Shown: piece after piece, positions 6,275-17,115 of the stretch
How the letters are laid out: each line of letters starts with the position of its first letter
Numbering within the stretch: the first letter of the stretch is position 1
Source: Candidatus Iainarchaeum sp.
GTDB taxonomy: Archaea > Iainarchaeota > Iainarchaeia > Iainarchaeales > DTGL01
Length of the DNA: 46,742 bases
Direction: 5' to 3'
Assembly: GCA_038886995.1 (NCBI GenBank)
Contig: JAWALG010000002.1
Span: 1-46,742, forward strand
The notes under the pieces: model-generated
Told to the model about the DNA's origin: nothing
The model's input: the letters and a program-made list of their open reading frames with translations, nothing else
Database searches by the model: none
Program-made: the position numbers and the translations under genes

Positions 6275-7141
6275 TTATTTTAACTCATCAAGAGGGCTTT
6301 TTACTTTTTTTAGTTCTTCTATAGACACCTTGGTGTATATTTGCGTAGTTGACAAATTGCTATGCCCTAATAGCTCCTGTATTTTTCTTATGTTTTCACC
6401 GCGCTCGAGCAAATGCGTTGCAAATGTGTGCCTAAAGCTATGCGGTGTTACATTTTTGTTTATCCCTGCTTTTATTCTCGCCTTTCTTACAATCCTTTGT
6501 ATCGTGTCAACAGAAATGGGCCGTCCAAGGTAATCTGAGAAAACATATTCACTGTTTGCTTTTCTTTTTTGCAGATAGGCATTCAAGTCATTTATCCAGG
6601 AATCAGACAGTATCACAATGCGGTCTTTATTTCCTTTGCCGCCTCTTACTATTGCTGTTTTTTCAGCTAAGTTTAAATCATTTATTTTTAGCTTTGTGAC
6701 TTCGCTTACGCGCAAACCACTTGAGTACAAGAGCATCAGTATTAACTTATCTTTCTTTCTTGATGCTGCATCTATAATCTTAGATACCTCTTCACGAGTC
6801 ATTACAACAGGCAATTTTGTCCCCTTTTTAGGCCTTTTTATATCTTCCATAACTTCGCTTTTAAGATATTCCTTAAAGAAATGCCTTAGTGCAGAATAAA
6901 CCAAACACATCGTCGAATCAGTTGCATTATTCTGTTTCTTGTGAGCCATGTAAGCAATAATATCTTCTCGGCTAACTTTCAGGGGATCTTTTTTCACAAA
7001 CTCAAGAAACTCCCTCAAATATAGCAGATACATCTTCAAAGTTCTTGCCGAAAAGCCACCAACAATGAGCTCTCTTCGAAACTCTTCCACGTATTTCTCA
7101 ACAAGTTCCTTTTTCTGCAAATTTTCGCTTTCCATTATCAA
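6275..7141 (-). CDS. xerA: Tyrosine recombinase, XerA/XerC/XerD-like
   Basis: N-terminal SAM-like core-binding domain. Catalytic residues in LLYSSGLRVSEV (R), HSFRHTFATHLL (H-x-x-R) and LGHSNLSTTQIYTKV (H...Y). 288 aa, the size of housekeeping archaeal XerA. Confidence 0.8.
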   Translation of the reverse strand: MIMESENLQKKELVEKYVEEFRRELIVGGFSARTLKMYLLYLREFLEFVKKDPLKVSREDIIAYMAHKKQNNATDSTMCLVYSALRHFFKEYLKSEVMEDIKRPKKGTKLPVVMTREEVSKIIDAASRKKDKLILMLLYSSGLRVSEVTKLKINDLNLAEKTAIVRGGKGNKDRIVILSDSWINDLNAYLQKRKANSEYVFSDYLGRPISVDTIQRIVRKARIKAGINKNVTPHSFRHTFATHLLERGENIRKIQELLGHSNLSTTQIYTKVSIEELKKVKSPLDELK

Positions 7142-7199
7142 TATTATGGTTAATCATTTAAAAAAAGCATTTGATATCTGCGCTTCAACAGAAAAGAAT

Positions 7200-9080
7200 T
7201 TAACCAGAAATAATGGTCTTTATTGAGCCGCCCTGCCTTCTCAAAGTTATGCTTACCTCCTTTCCACCAAAATTAATGCGCCTTTTTAAATAATTCACCT
7301 GCGGGGGCAATTTTGGGTTTACACTTATCTCTGATTTTGGTGCAAATGGCTTAATGCCTAACATGAACTCATCTATTGCTCTTATTGCTAGCGCAGCGCC
7401 CCACAATTGTAGCTTACACCCCTTAGGTTCGAAGGTTTTGCTATTCCAACACTCACCTATGCAGCCAAGAGCGTCATCTTCAGTGAGCTGATTTATCAAC
7501 TTCAAAATTTCGTAGCCCTTTTCAGACCTTCCAAGCGTAAATTCAGCACACGCAAGCCAGCCAGTGCAAAGAGACCAAGCTTGACCATTATGGTATGCAT
7601 CAGGGTTATAACATGCATTGGTGCTTGAAAGACTCAAAACACCTCTTTCGCAAAGCGCATCTTCTGATTCGAAGTTTTCTATTCCTTTGCTAAAAAGGCC
7701 TGTTAATATTGCCACTAACGCATTCGGCCTTTTACTGAAATCTCGCTGTTCGCCAAAAATTCTATCAGCATATATTCCATCTGCATAAAAACTCTTTTGG
7801 AAAGTATGTCTCTGTCTCCTAAAAATGCTTTCAGCTTCACAGGCCAGAGCTAATGCTCTGCCACTTGGCTTTTTTGTGATAAAAACCATTTTTGAGAAAT
7901 CAGCCAGTGCTTTCGAAAATAGTGCTTGAATTTCTATGGAGTTATCCCTTCTATTTATGGTGTCCATCCAAGTTTCGTTTTCTTTTTGGTCATGTGATAT
8001 GAAACCACGGCTATCACATTTAGATAGCAGATGCTCTATTATTTGGCACATAACATCAAGCTGTTTTTCCAAAAAAGCCAATTCTCCCGAGAAAGCAACA
8101 TAATCGTAAATTGCAGAGATATACATGATGCTTGAGTCAATGGCATTGTAATTTTTTTCGTTCTCATATATGTAATTCGGAACTTTGCCGTCAATTACAT
8201 TTTCCGAAAATATTTGCAATATTTCTCTAGCGCGGCCCAAAAAACCAGAATATAGTATTGCTGGCATACTCCAAAAAAGATCTCTGGCCCAAAACTGCAA
8301 AAACCAGGGCAAACCAGCATTGTATGCTCTGTCTCTAAAAAGCAGCTCCATGTTAAGCGTTGCTTTTTTGTAAAGGTTTGAAATAAGTAAATCATCCGAT
8401 TCAATATTGCTTGCGAGCATCCTATAAAAATTTCTTTTTGCAAATAAATCCTCATCGCTGACTTTTTTGTTAGATCCAATCGAGAAGACAACCCTTATTT
8501 CATCCCCACTTAAAAAGAAGTTGCCAGGGATAAAAAACCTCTGTTTTTCCCCGCCAGGGAAGTGCTCCTTGTATTGTGCCTCTGGTCTGAAAGACATCAC
8601 CCCGCGCAAGCACGAAATATAAACTTTACCAAGAGCTGATTCTACTTCAATAATTCCAGAATCTTCACAAAGATTCGTTTGGTATTCCCTTTCATGCCAG
8701 TTTTCCTCGCGCTTCCTAATATTTAACGCAACCTCAAGCTCCGCATCAATAACTTTTCCATTTACTCTTTTCAAATCAACAACAAGGCATGCATCATTCA
8801 AAGGAGTCCAAACAGATTGTAAGAAAACGCCTTCTTTCAAGCTATGAACATGTGTTGCTTTAGTGAAATCATACGTTGCCTTAATGCAGTTGTTTTCCGA
8901 CAAGTGTTCATTGCCAACGCTGAAGTCAAAAAATTCTATGAATTTTTTATTTTGCGACCAAAAGCCAGTCCATTTTGTTTTAAAGCCAGTATCGCAATAT
9001 CTATGAAAAAAACAATTTTTATTTCCCAAAAAATAAGAATATTTACCCAAATCTGAATTTTTACTTAAGGGTGAAAGCAT
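7200..9080 (-). CDS. Glycogen debranching enzyme / amylo-alpha-1,6-glucosidase family (GDE_C-type, archaeal/bacterial form)
   Basis: GLPWFLQFWARDLFWSMPA (PWF..(F/W)xRD motif), (alpha/alpha)6-barrel-like C-terminal half with HNGQAWSLCTGW and LWGAALAIRAIDE. 626 aa. Confidence 0.7.
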   Translation of the reverse strand: MLSPLSKNSDLGKYSYFLGNKNCFFHRYCDTGFKTKWTGFWSQNKKFIEFFDFSVGNEHLSENNCIKATYDFTKATHVHSLKEGVFLQSVWTPLNDACLVVDLKRVNGKVIDAELEVALNIRKREENWHEREYQTNLCEDSGIIEVESALGKVYISCLRGVMSFRPEAQYKEHFPGGEKQRFFIPGNFFLSGDEIRVVFSIGSNKKVSDEDLFAKRNFYRMLASNIESDDLLISNLYKKATLNMELLFRDRAYNAGLPWFLQFWARDLFWSMPAILYSGFLGRAREILQIFSENVIDGKVPNYIYENEKNYNAIDSSIMYISAIYDYVAFSGELAFLEKQLDVMCQIIEHLLSKCDSRGFISHDQKENETWMDTINRRDNSIEIQALFSKALADFSKMVFITKKPSGRALALACEAESIFRRQRHTFQKSFYADGIYADRIFGEQRDFSKRPNALVAILTGLFSKGIENFESEDALCERGVLSLSSTNACYNPDAYHNGQAWSLCTGWLACAEFTLGRSEKGYEILKLINQLTEDDALGCIGECWNSKTFEPKGCKLQLWGAALAIRAIDEFMLGIKPFAPKSEISVNPKLPPQVNYLKRRINFGGKEVSITLRRQGGSIKTIISG

Positions 9081-9154
9081 TATTCCTAATATACAAATGA
9101 AAGTTATTTAATCCTTTATTATTTTTATTTACTATTGAAAGGAAAGGCGGTTTA

Positions 9155-10966
9155 ATGCAAAAAGATTTCACAGTTTTTGAGGTTGGCTGGGAAGTTTCAA
9201 ACAAGGTTGGTGGCATATACACAGTTCTTTCAACTAAGGCCGCGGAATCAAAAAACAACCTTAAAAACTTTTTTACAATAGGCCCATACTTTAAAAGAAG
9301 TGCAGCAATTGAATTTGAAGAAGAAATACCATCAAAAGAGTTTGCGCAGGTCTTCGATTATTTAAAGAAAAACTATGGAATTGTTTGCTACTCAGGCCAT
9401 TGGCTTGTTTCCGGCAGACCAAAATGCTTGCTATTAGACCCAAATGAACTAAAAGCGAAAACCAATGAAATAAAAAGGGAATTTTGGGATCTATACAGAA
9501 TCGACTCTCTTGGTTCTGGTGATGACTACAATGAACCAATTGTCTGGGGTAAAGCAGTTGGGCTTCTTTTGGAACATCTTATCCGCGAAGTTATTTCAAA
9601 AGAGCATGACCCTAAAAAATGCATAGTTCATTGTCATGAATGGCTCGCCGGGGGTGCACTACTTCACCTAAGGCATTTCATGCCGGAAGTAAAAACCATT
9701 TTCACTACGCATGCAACTATGCTTGGTAGATGCATAGCTGCGTCAGGCGAACCATTACATGAGGAAATACTGTCAAAGATACAAAATAATGAAACAATGC
9801 CAATAGATCGCGCCTATAAATATGGTGTGCAAGCAAAGCATTTGACTGAAAGAGCATGTGCTCAAAATGCAACAGTATTTACTACTGTTTCTGACGCATG
9901 TGCTAACGAGGCCCAATACATCTTGGGGAGAAAGCCGGATATCCTCACACCAAACGGCCTCAATGTTGAAAAGTTTTATGTGATGGAAGAATTGGCAAAT
10001 CTTCATGTTGTTTATAGGAATATTATCCGAAGATTCGTTTTGGACTACTTTGCACCGTACTACTATGTGAATGTTGAAGACAGTTTATTTTACTTCCTTT
10101 CTGGGCGCTATGAGGTAAGAAACAAAGGGATAGATCTCTTTATAGACGCACTTGGTAGACTTAACAAAGAACTAAGCAATAGCCAAAACAGCACTACGCT
10201 TTTTGCCTTCATTTTTGTGCCAGCACCAAACAGAGGTAAGAACATAGAACTCTTAAAACACATGGCTTTATACGAACGATTGGAAGATGAGATAGAAGAT
10301 GAAATAAGGAAAATAAAAAACCGCCTTTATTATAGTGTATCCAAAGGTGAGCCGCCAACCGGAAACAACCTTCTTGACGACGAGTTTTTATATAAGGTTA
10401 AAAAGATGCTTTTTGAACTCAAGCATGAAAAAAACGAGCTGCCACCAATAAGTGTTCTTGAAGTTGATGAAAGTGATGCAATACTCCACTTAATAAAGAA
10501 AAATGGCCTCTTAAATAGGGAGACAGATAAAGTAAAGGTTTTATATTACCCAACCTACCTTAGCACAGCTGATGGTCTCATAGGGTTAGAGTACTACCAA
10601 GCAGTGATCGGATGTCACTTAGGTGTCTTTCCAAGTTATTATGAGTCATGGGGATATACTCCGTTAGAAACAATTGCTCTTGGACTCCCAACAGTAACAA
10701 CAGATCTTAGTGGTTTTGGTCAGTATATAATGAAAAATGTACATAATGACCTTGCAAAAAATGCTGTAAAGGTTATACAGAGAGCAAATGCTTCTTATGA
10801 GCAATCACTTTCTGAGCTCGTGGACTACTTGCGTTACATTTATATGCTTCCAAAAAGGAATCGTGGTGACTTGAAGATAATTGCAAAACAGCTAAGCTAC
10901 GATTTCTCTTGGCAGAAGCTAATCGAGAATTACCTCAATGCGTACGAGCTTGCTGCTCAGCGCTAA
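9155..10966 (+). CDS. Glycogen synthase of the eukaryote-type GT3 family
   Basis: FEVGWEVSNKVGGIYTVLSTKA, HCHEWLAGGALL, IFTTHATMLGR, VFTTVSDACANEA, RKPDILTPNGLNVEKF, LFYFLSGRYEVRNKGIDLFIDAL and GCHLGVFPSYYESWGYTPLE match yeast/animal glycogen synthase blocks along the whole length. Confidence 0.85.
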   Translation: MQKDFTVFEVGWEVSNKVGGIYTVLSTKAAESKNNLKNFFTIGPYFKRSAAIEFEEEIPSKEFAQVFDYLKKNYGIVCYSGHWLVSGRPKCLLLDPNELKAKTNEIKREFWDLYRIDSLGSGDDYNEPIVWGKAVGLLLEHLIREVISKEHDPKKCIVHCHEWLAGGALLHLRHFMPEVKTIFTTHATMLGRCIAASGEPLHEEILSKIQNNETMPIDRAYKYGVQAKHLTERACAQNATVFTTVSDACANEAQYILGRKPDILTPNGLNVEKFYVMEELANLHVVYRNIIRRFVLDYFAPYYYVNVEDSLFYFLSGRYEVRNKGIDLFIDALGRLNKELSNSQNSTTLFAFIFVPAPNRGKNIELLKHMALYERLEDEIEDEIRKIKNRLYYSVSKGEPPTGNNLLDDEFLYKVKKMLFELKHEKNELPPISVLEVDESDAILHLIKKNGLLNRETDKVKVLYYPTYLSTADGLIGLEYYQAVIGCHLGVFPSYYESWGYTPLETIALGLPTVTTDLSGFGQYIMKNVHNDLAKNAVKVIQRANASYEQSLSELVDYLRYIYMLPKRNRGDLKIIAKQLSYDFSWQKLIENYLNAYELAAQR

Positions 10967-12134
10967 GCCCAAGGCGCATTTTGAGGTCATTTATTACATT
11001 TAAGTAATTTATATATGCATCATAAGGAGTTTCATAAGGATTGAAATATTTGTGAACATCACCATCAGCAAACCACTTTGTGCACATGTAATAGAAATGG
11101 TCTGATGTTTGCAAAAGACGCCAATTGTGCAATAAAGTTGGGTCTTTTTTCTTCTTGACTTTGCTTTCGAGTGTCTTCACTTCATTAAAAGCATGCCTTT
11201 GTATCTTGTTCTCCATCCATGCTGACAAATCCCTGTCAATATCAGCCCAAGATAGGAAGTGCGGCACATCAAGCTCATCTTTAGGTTGTAGCTCTTTGAT
11301 GACATCAGACGCAAGCGAAAACTCACAATTTCTGTGCTTGAAGATTTCCCAAGGCAAATGTCTAAGAAAATCAAATATACCTGTTTCAGGCCACTGATGC
11401 TCACCAAACGTTTCATAGTCCATAAATATATTTATGCATTCACCATGCGTTGCAGCAATCCAGAAGGCGTATTTGTCAGCAGTCAGCGGATATTCTGTCC
11501 AACTCCTCTCTGAAAACCTGAATGCAATGTCATCGCTGAGGCGATAATTGCGAAGCAAAAGCATAAGATTCTCCCCTTTTGCTTTGTAAAGGTAGTTGGG
11601 GCTTCTCCACCCCAGTATCTTTTCACTACCCTCTGTTATAACCCCCCTAAAACCTAGTTTGGCAACAACTTTTGCAATTTCATTGCTATAAACCGCCTCT
11701 GTATTTCTGAATATTTTCGGTTTAACCCCAAAAACTGATCTTACTTTTCTCATGTGTAACTTTACCTGTTCTTTGAATTCTTTCTCAGAGATCAGAAAAG
11801 AGAGTGAATGGTAATATGTTTCACTAAAAAGCTCTGCACACCCACTCTCGACAAGTTCAACAAAGCTTTCAATAGTTTTTGGGGAATATCTTTCGAGCTG
11901 CTCCATGAGTGTTCCAGTTATGCTAAAGTTAACTCTGAAAAGGCCATCGGTTTTATTTATGAGTTCCAGAAGCAGGTTATTGGTTGGCTCATAGCACTTT
12001 CTCACAACGCGCTCCAGATATGCCTTATTTTTTTCCTCATCAAAATAACTTTTTCCTGAGCCAATATCAAAAAAAGAATAAGCCCCTATTCTCATGGGCT
12101 GGTGGACCTGAAAATAAAAACATAACTTTTTCAT
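10935..12134 (-). CDS. Glycoside hydrolase family 57 protein (alpha-amylase/4-alpha-glucanotransferase-like)
   Basis: The N-terminus LCFYFQVHQPMR (HQP.R motif), ELFSETYYHS and NIFMDYETFGEHQW are GH57 signature regions. The 3' end overlaps the convergent GT3 gene by 32 nt. Confidence 0.75.
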   Translation of the reverse strand: MKKLCFYFQVHQPMRIGAYSFFDIGSGKSYFDEEKNKAYLERVVRKCYEPTNNLLLELINKTDGLFRVNFSITGTLMEQLERYSPKTIESFVELVESGCAELFSETYYHSLSFLISEKEFKEQVKLHMRKVRSVFGVKPKIFRNTEAVYSNEIAKVVAKLGFRGVITEGSEKILGWRSPNYLYKAKGENLMLLLRNYRLSDDIAFRFSERSWTEYPLTADKYAFWIAATHGECINIFMDYETFGEHQWPETGIFDFLRHLPWEIFKHRNCEFSLASDVIKELQPKDELDVPHFLSWADIDRDLSAWMENKIQRHAFNEVKTLESKVKKKKDPTLLHNWRLLQTSDHFYYMCTKWFADGDVHKYFNPYETPYDAYINYLNVINDLKMRLGLSAEQQARTH

Positions 12135-12138
12135 TAAA

Positions 12139-13335
12139 TCACCTTGCTACTGAATGGTAAACATTTAAGCATTCCTTTGCAACATCATGCCAGCTACGAT
12201 ACCTCAAAATTTCTGCTTTTGCGCGCTCTTTAAGCTCTTCATGTAGTGGTTTGTAGCTAAGAAGCGCAAGTATCTTGTTGGCAAGGCCATCAACATCCCA
12301 AAAATCTATCTTTAGACAGTTTTTAACGACTTCACTAACTCCGCTTTGCTTGCTTATTATAACAGGAACCTCGCATGCAAGTGCTTCTAATGCTGTAAGA
12401 CCAAAAGGTTCAGACACGCTAGGCATGACAAAAACATCTGCAATTGAATAATACTTTGATACATCGCTCTCAAAACCAACAAAATGTACCCTATCAGCAA
12501 TCCCAATATCTATGCTTTTTTGCATAAGATAAGGCATCTGGTCTCCAGAGCCAACAATCACGAACCGCACATTATTATTTTTCTCAAGCACTTTCTTAGC
12601 AGCATCGATAAAAAATTCAACGCCTTTTTGTATTGTAAGCCGCCCAACATACAAAACTATTTTGTCATTAAACATTTTTTCAATGTTCAAACGCTTGTAC
12701 TTTTCTAAGTCAATCGCATTATAAACAACAACAATTTTTGCTGGATCAATACCATATCTATCAACAAGCTGCCTTTTTTCGTATTCACTAACAGTTATAA
12801 CAACATCTGCTTCAATTAGCCCAGACCTTTCAATGTGCATTATTTCTGTATTCGGGAAAAGATTGCCAGTACGATCATATTCTGTGCTGTGGATTGTAAC
12901 CACTAATGGCTTCTTTAAAATTCTTTTAAGAGCGATTCCTGCAGAATAAGTCATCCAGTCATGACAATGTATAACATCACAATCAATTTTCGAGCCAATC
13001 TCTATCGCTCTGGTAGTGTAATATTTAACCTCATCGAAAAAGCGCCAACCATAAACCCCACCGACAGCTCCTTTGCCTTTGCTTTCTCTGGGCAGAGTAA
13101 GATATGGTGTTAGACTTGAGCTTATTCCAAAAAATTCAATACCATTTGCTTGTATTATATCAATGAAATCATACTTGATATTTTTTCCAGTATATGGCAT
13201 AATGAAAGTTATTTTTGTATCTAGAGAATTTAACGCTTTTGTGAAACCTAACAGATAGGTTCCAAGCCCACCCGATTTAAAAGGCGGAAATTCCCAACCT
13301 AACATTAACACGTGAAACTTTCTCATCTTTACCAC
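12139..13335 (-). CDS. GT-B glycosyltransferase (GT4/GT5, glycogen-synthase-like)
   Basis: LMLGWEFPPFKSGGLGTY N-terminal glucan-synthase-like motif, HCHDW, and the C-terminal EPFGLTALEALA (E-x7-E region). Start is GTG 13335 or ATG 13326. Confidence 0.75.
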   Translation of the reverse strand: MVKMRKFHVLMLGWEFPPFKSGGLGTYLLGFTKALNSLDTKITFIMPYTGKNIKYDFIDIIQANGIEFFGISSSLTPYLTLPRESKGKGAVGGVYGWRFFDEVKYYTTRAIEIGSKIDCDVIHCHDWMTYSAGIALKRILKKPLVVTIHSTEYDRTGNLFPNTEIMHIERSGLIEADVVITVSEYEKRQLVDRYGIDPAKIVVVYNAIDLEKYKRLNIEKMFNDKIVLYVGRLTIQKGVEFFIDAAKKVLEKNNNVRFVIVGSGDQMPYLMQKSIDIGIADRVHFVGFESDVSKYYSIADVFVMPSVSEPFGLTALEALACEVPVIISKQSGVSEVVKNCLKIDFWDVDGLANKILALLSYKPLHEELKERAKAEILRYRSWHDVAKECLNVYHSVAR

Positions 13336-13445
13336 AAATAAGATTATATTAAATTATTTGCTTTTATATTTAAAATAGTTATCTTTCAAAAATTAGTGAA
13401 AGTATAAGTAAAACAATAAAGTAAAAAAGTAAAATTAGCAACTCG

Positions 13446-14681
13446 CTATTTTTTACTACGCGCTTTTGCAAGTGCCTCTAGTCCAAACAACTGTTCACCA
13501 GAAATAAGTTCAAGCAATGCTTTCCCGGCCAAACTCACGTGATCAAATTCATTTTCCTTGAAACCAAGACGGCTTAATGCAGTAACAGTGTCCCCACCGC
13601 CAATCAAACTGAACCCTTTTGAAGAAGCCATTGCTTCTAGAATCTTTCTAGTGCCAAATGCAAATAACTCTGACTCAAACTTACCAACAGGCCCATTGGC
13701 CAGTATGCTTTTTGATTTTTTTATTTCTTTTGAATATAACTCTGCTGTTTCTTCCCCAATATCAAACATCATTTCATTCACTGGTAACTCCTTAACCGAA
13801 AGCTCTTCTCGCAACGAATGTCTCTCAATAGCCACATCAACTGGTAATACAATATTTTTATTATAATTCTGCATGAGCTCCTTTAGCTTTGGTAAAAACT
13901 CGAGAAGCCCCTTTTCTTTTAGCACCTGCTCTTTGGAACCAAGCTCCACGCCATTAGCAATAAGAGCCATCTCTCCCAAGCCACCGCCGAGGAGCACTTT
14001 GTTTGCTTTTCCCATTATTAGTAACTTTTCCATTATGGCAATCGAATCATCCGGCTTCATGCCGCCAAGCACTAAAGTGTATTTACCCTTCACCTTGGAA
14101 AGTTTAGCTAAGGCCTTTAATTCCCCATAGAGCAAAGGCCCAGCATAGCTTTCCAACAATGGCACAAATCCAACAACACTTGCATGCCCTCTGTGGGAAA
14201 CACTAAGCGCATCCAATACGTAAAAATTACTCACAGAAGCAATCTTTTGTATTACTGGGTTTTTTGAGTGTTCCTCTGCACTTAACTCATTAGTTTCAAA
14301 GTCAAGAAATCTTGTGTTTTCAAGCATTAGTGCTTTTCCAGGGGTGAGATTTTTTATTTTGCCTATGTAGTCCTCATCCCATCTACAAAAATCAATACCA
14401 TCGCCTAACATTTGCTCTAAAAGTGCTTTGTGCTGCTCTAGTGAAATGAAGTCCTCTCTTCCTTTTCTGCCCTGATGGGCCAAAATAACAACTTTTGCCT
14501 TATGGTCCAAGAACTTCTTTATAGTACGGAAGTGTCCAATTATCCTTGGGCCTTTGATCAATTTTCCATCTTTAACAGAGCTGTTTAGGTCAACCCTTAG
14601 TAGCACAACTTTGTTTTCAACTAGCCCAAAATCAATTTCCCTTATATTTCTTACAATTTCGTCTATTTTCATTGCAGGCAT
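13446..14681 (-). CDS. pgk: Phosphoglycerate kinase, archaeal type
   Basis: VVLLRVDLNSSV, VVILAHQGRKGREDFISLEQHA-like block and GGGDT. About 410 aa, as in archaeal PGKs. Confidence 0.85.
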   Translation of the reverse strand: MPAMKIDEIVRNIREIDFGLVENKVVLLRVDLNSSVKDGKLIKGPRIIGHFRTIKKFLDHKAKVVILAHQGRKGREDFISLEQHKALLEQMLGDGIDFCRWDEDYIGKIKNLTPGKALMLENTRFLDFETNELSAEEHSKNPVIQKIASVSNFYVLDALSVSHRGHASVVGFVPLLESYAGPLLYGELKALAKLSKVKGKYTLVLGGMKPDDSIAIMEKLLIMGKANKVLLGGGLGEMALIANGVELGSKEQVLKEKGLLEFLPKLKELMQNYNKNIVLPVDVAIERHSLREELSVKELPVNEMMFDIGEETAELYSKEIKKSKSILANGPVGKFESELFAFGTRKILEAMASSKGFSLIGGGDTVTALSRLGFKENEFDHVSLAGKALLELISGEQLFGLEALAKARSKK

Positions 14682-14685
14682 GGAA

Positions 14686-15711
<1,026 letters not shown>

Positions 15712-17115
15712 TTAAACCTTATGCGCATTTTCTAATATTTTTTCTGCCTCTTTTTTATCAAGGCCAAAGTCAACAAGCTTTTGATATACAAGGCCGGTAA
15801 TTTCTTCAAGTTTTTTTGCATTTTTTGCTTCCGCCCTCACAATCAGCTTTGCGCTTGTGTTGCTTGCCCTCACCAGGAACCAGCCATCTTTTAACAGCAC
15901 TCGTGCTCCATCAATGCCTATTACCTCATATTTTTTCTCAAAGTGTTTTCTCACATTTTCAACAATAGACCACTTCTTTTTTTCCTCGCAAGAAAGCCTT
16001 ATCTCAGGCGTAATGTAGTACTTAGGAAAATCAGCAATTATTTCGCTAAGTGGCCTACCAGAATTTGAGACAATCTCACAAAGTTTTAGAGCTGCATAAA
16101 TTGCATCATCAAAGCCATAATAATTTTCTCTAAAAAACATATGCCCCGACATTTCGCCAGCAAGCAACGCATCTTCTTCAACCATTTTTTTCTTTATGAG
16201 TGAGTGCCCTGTTCTGTACATTATTGGATTGCCGCCATTTGCCTTTATTATTTCTGGTAGTGCCTGAGAGCATTTGACCTCGAAGACAACTTTAGCGCCT
16301 TTTTTTCTTGCAAGTAGGTCTTTGGCAAATAAAGCCAGCAAGTAGTCGCCTGCAATTATATTGCCTTTCTCATCAACTGCGCCAATGCGATCAGCATCAC
16401 CGTCAAAAGCAATGCCAACATCTGCCTTTTCTTTGCGGACCTCTTTGATAAGCTGACTTAGGTTCTCTGGCTCTACTGGATCTGGATGGTGATTCGGAAA
16501 ATTACCATCCGATTTGCAGAAAAGAAGTTTTGTTTTACAGCCAGATCCTTCAAAAATTTCTTCTGCAACAAGCGAAGAGCACCCATTGCCACAGTCAGCA
16601 ACAACGCCTATTGCATTGTTTATTTGCACCCTTTTAAGTATGTTTTCAACATAATCTTCCAATATGTGCGCGTCTTCTATCCTGCCTTTGCCAACCTCAA
16701 AATCTTCTTTTAGAATTATCCCCCTTATCCCCTTTATTTGCTCACCATACATTGTTAGCGCATTCTTAGATGCACTGAGCTTAAGCCCATTAAAGTTTTT
16801 CTCTAAGTGAGACCCAGTAATCATTGCGCCGCCATCAGTGCCAAAGTGTATTATTGAAAAGTAGAGCGCAGGTATTGGCACTAAACCAACAGAAACAACA
16901 TTGCAGCCGCTTTCAGTAACCCCGCGGCAAAAAGCCCTCATTATCCTATCGCTACTTCCCCTATTGTCTTTCCCAACTACAATTTCTTGCCCAGAATTTC
17001 TCAATACAATAGTGCCAAAAGCCCTGCCAATAAAGTAAACTGTATTGTCATCAAGCTCATCGGCTTTACCGCGGATATCATATTCGCGGAATATCTCTTC
17101 TCTAACTTCTGGCAT
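15712..17115 (-). CDS. Phosphoglucomutase/phosphomannomutase
   Basis: IFREYDIRG, the phosphoserine loop ITGSH, the metal loop FDGDADRIG and the sugar loop GEMSGH. Confidence 0.88.
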   Translation of the reverse strand: MPEVREEIFREYDIRGKADELDDNTVYFIGRAFGTIVLRNSGQEIVVGKDNRGSSDRIMRAFCRGVTESGCNVVSVGLVPIPALYFSIIHFGTDGGAMITGSHLEKNFNGLKLSASKNALTMYGEQIKGIRGIILKEDFEVGKGRIEDAHILEDYVENILKRVQINNAIGVVADCGNGCSSLVAEEIFEGSGCKTKLLFCKSDGNFPNHHPDPVEPENLSQLIKEVRKEKADVGIAFDGDADRIGAVDEKGNIIAGDYLLALFAKDLLARKKGAKVVFEVKCSQALPEIIKANGGNPIMYRTGHSLIKKKMVEEDALLAGEMSGHMFFRENYYGFDDAIYAALKLCEIVSNSGRPLSEIIADFPKYYITPEIRLSCEEKKKWSIVENVRKHFEKKYEVIGIDGARVLLKDGWFLVRASNTSAKLIVRAEAKNAKKLEEITGLVYQKLVDFGLDKKEAEKILENAHKV

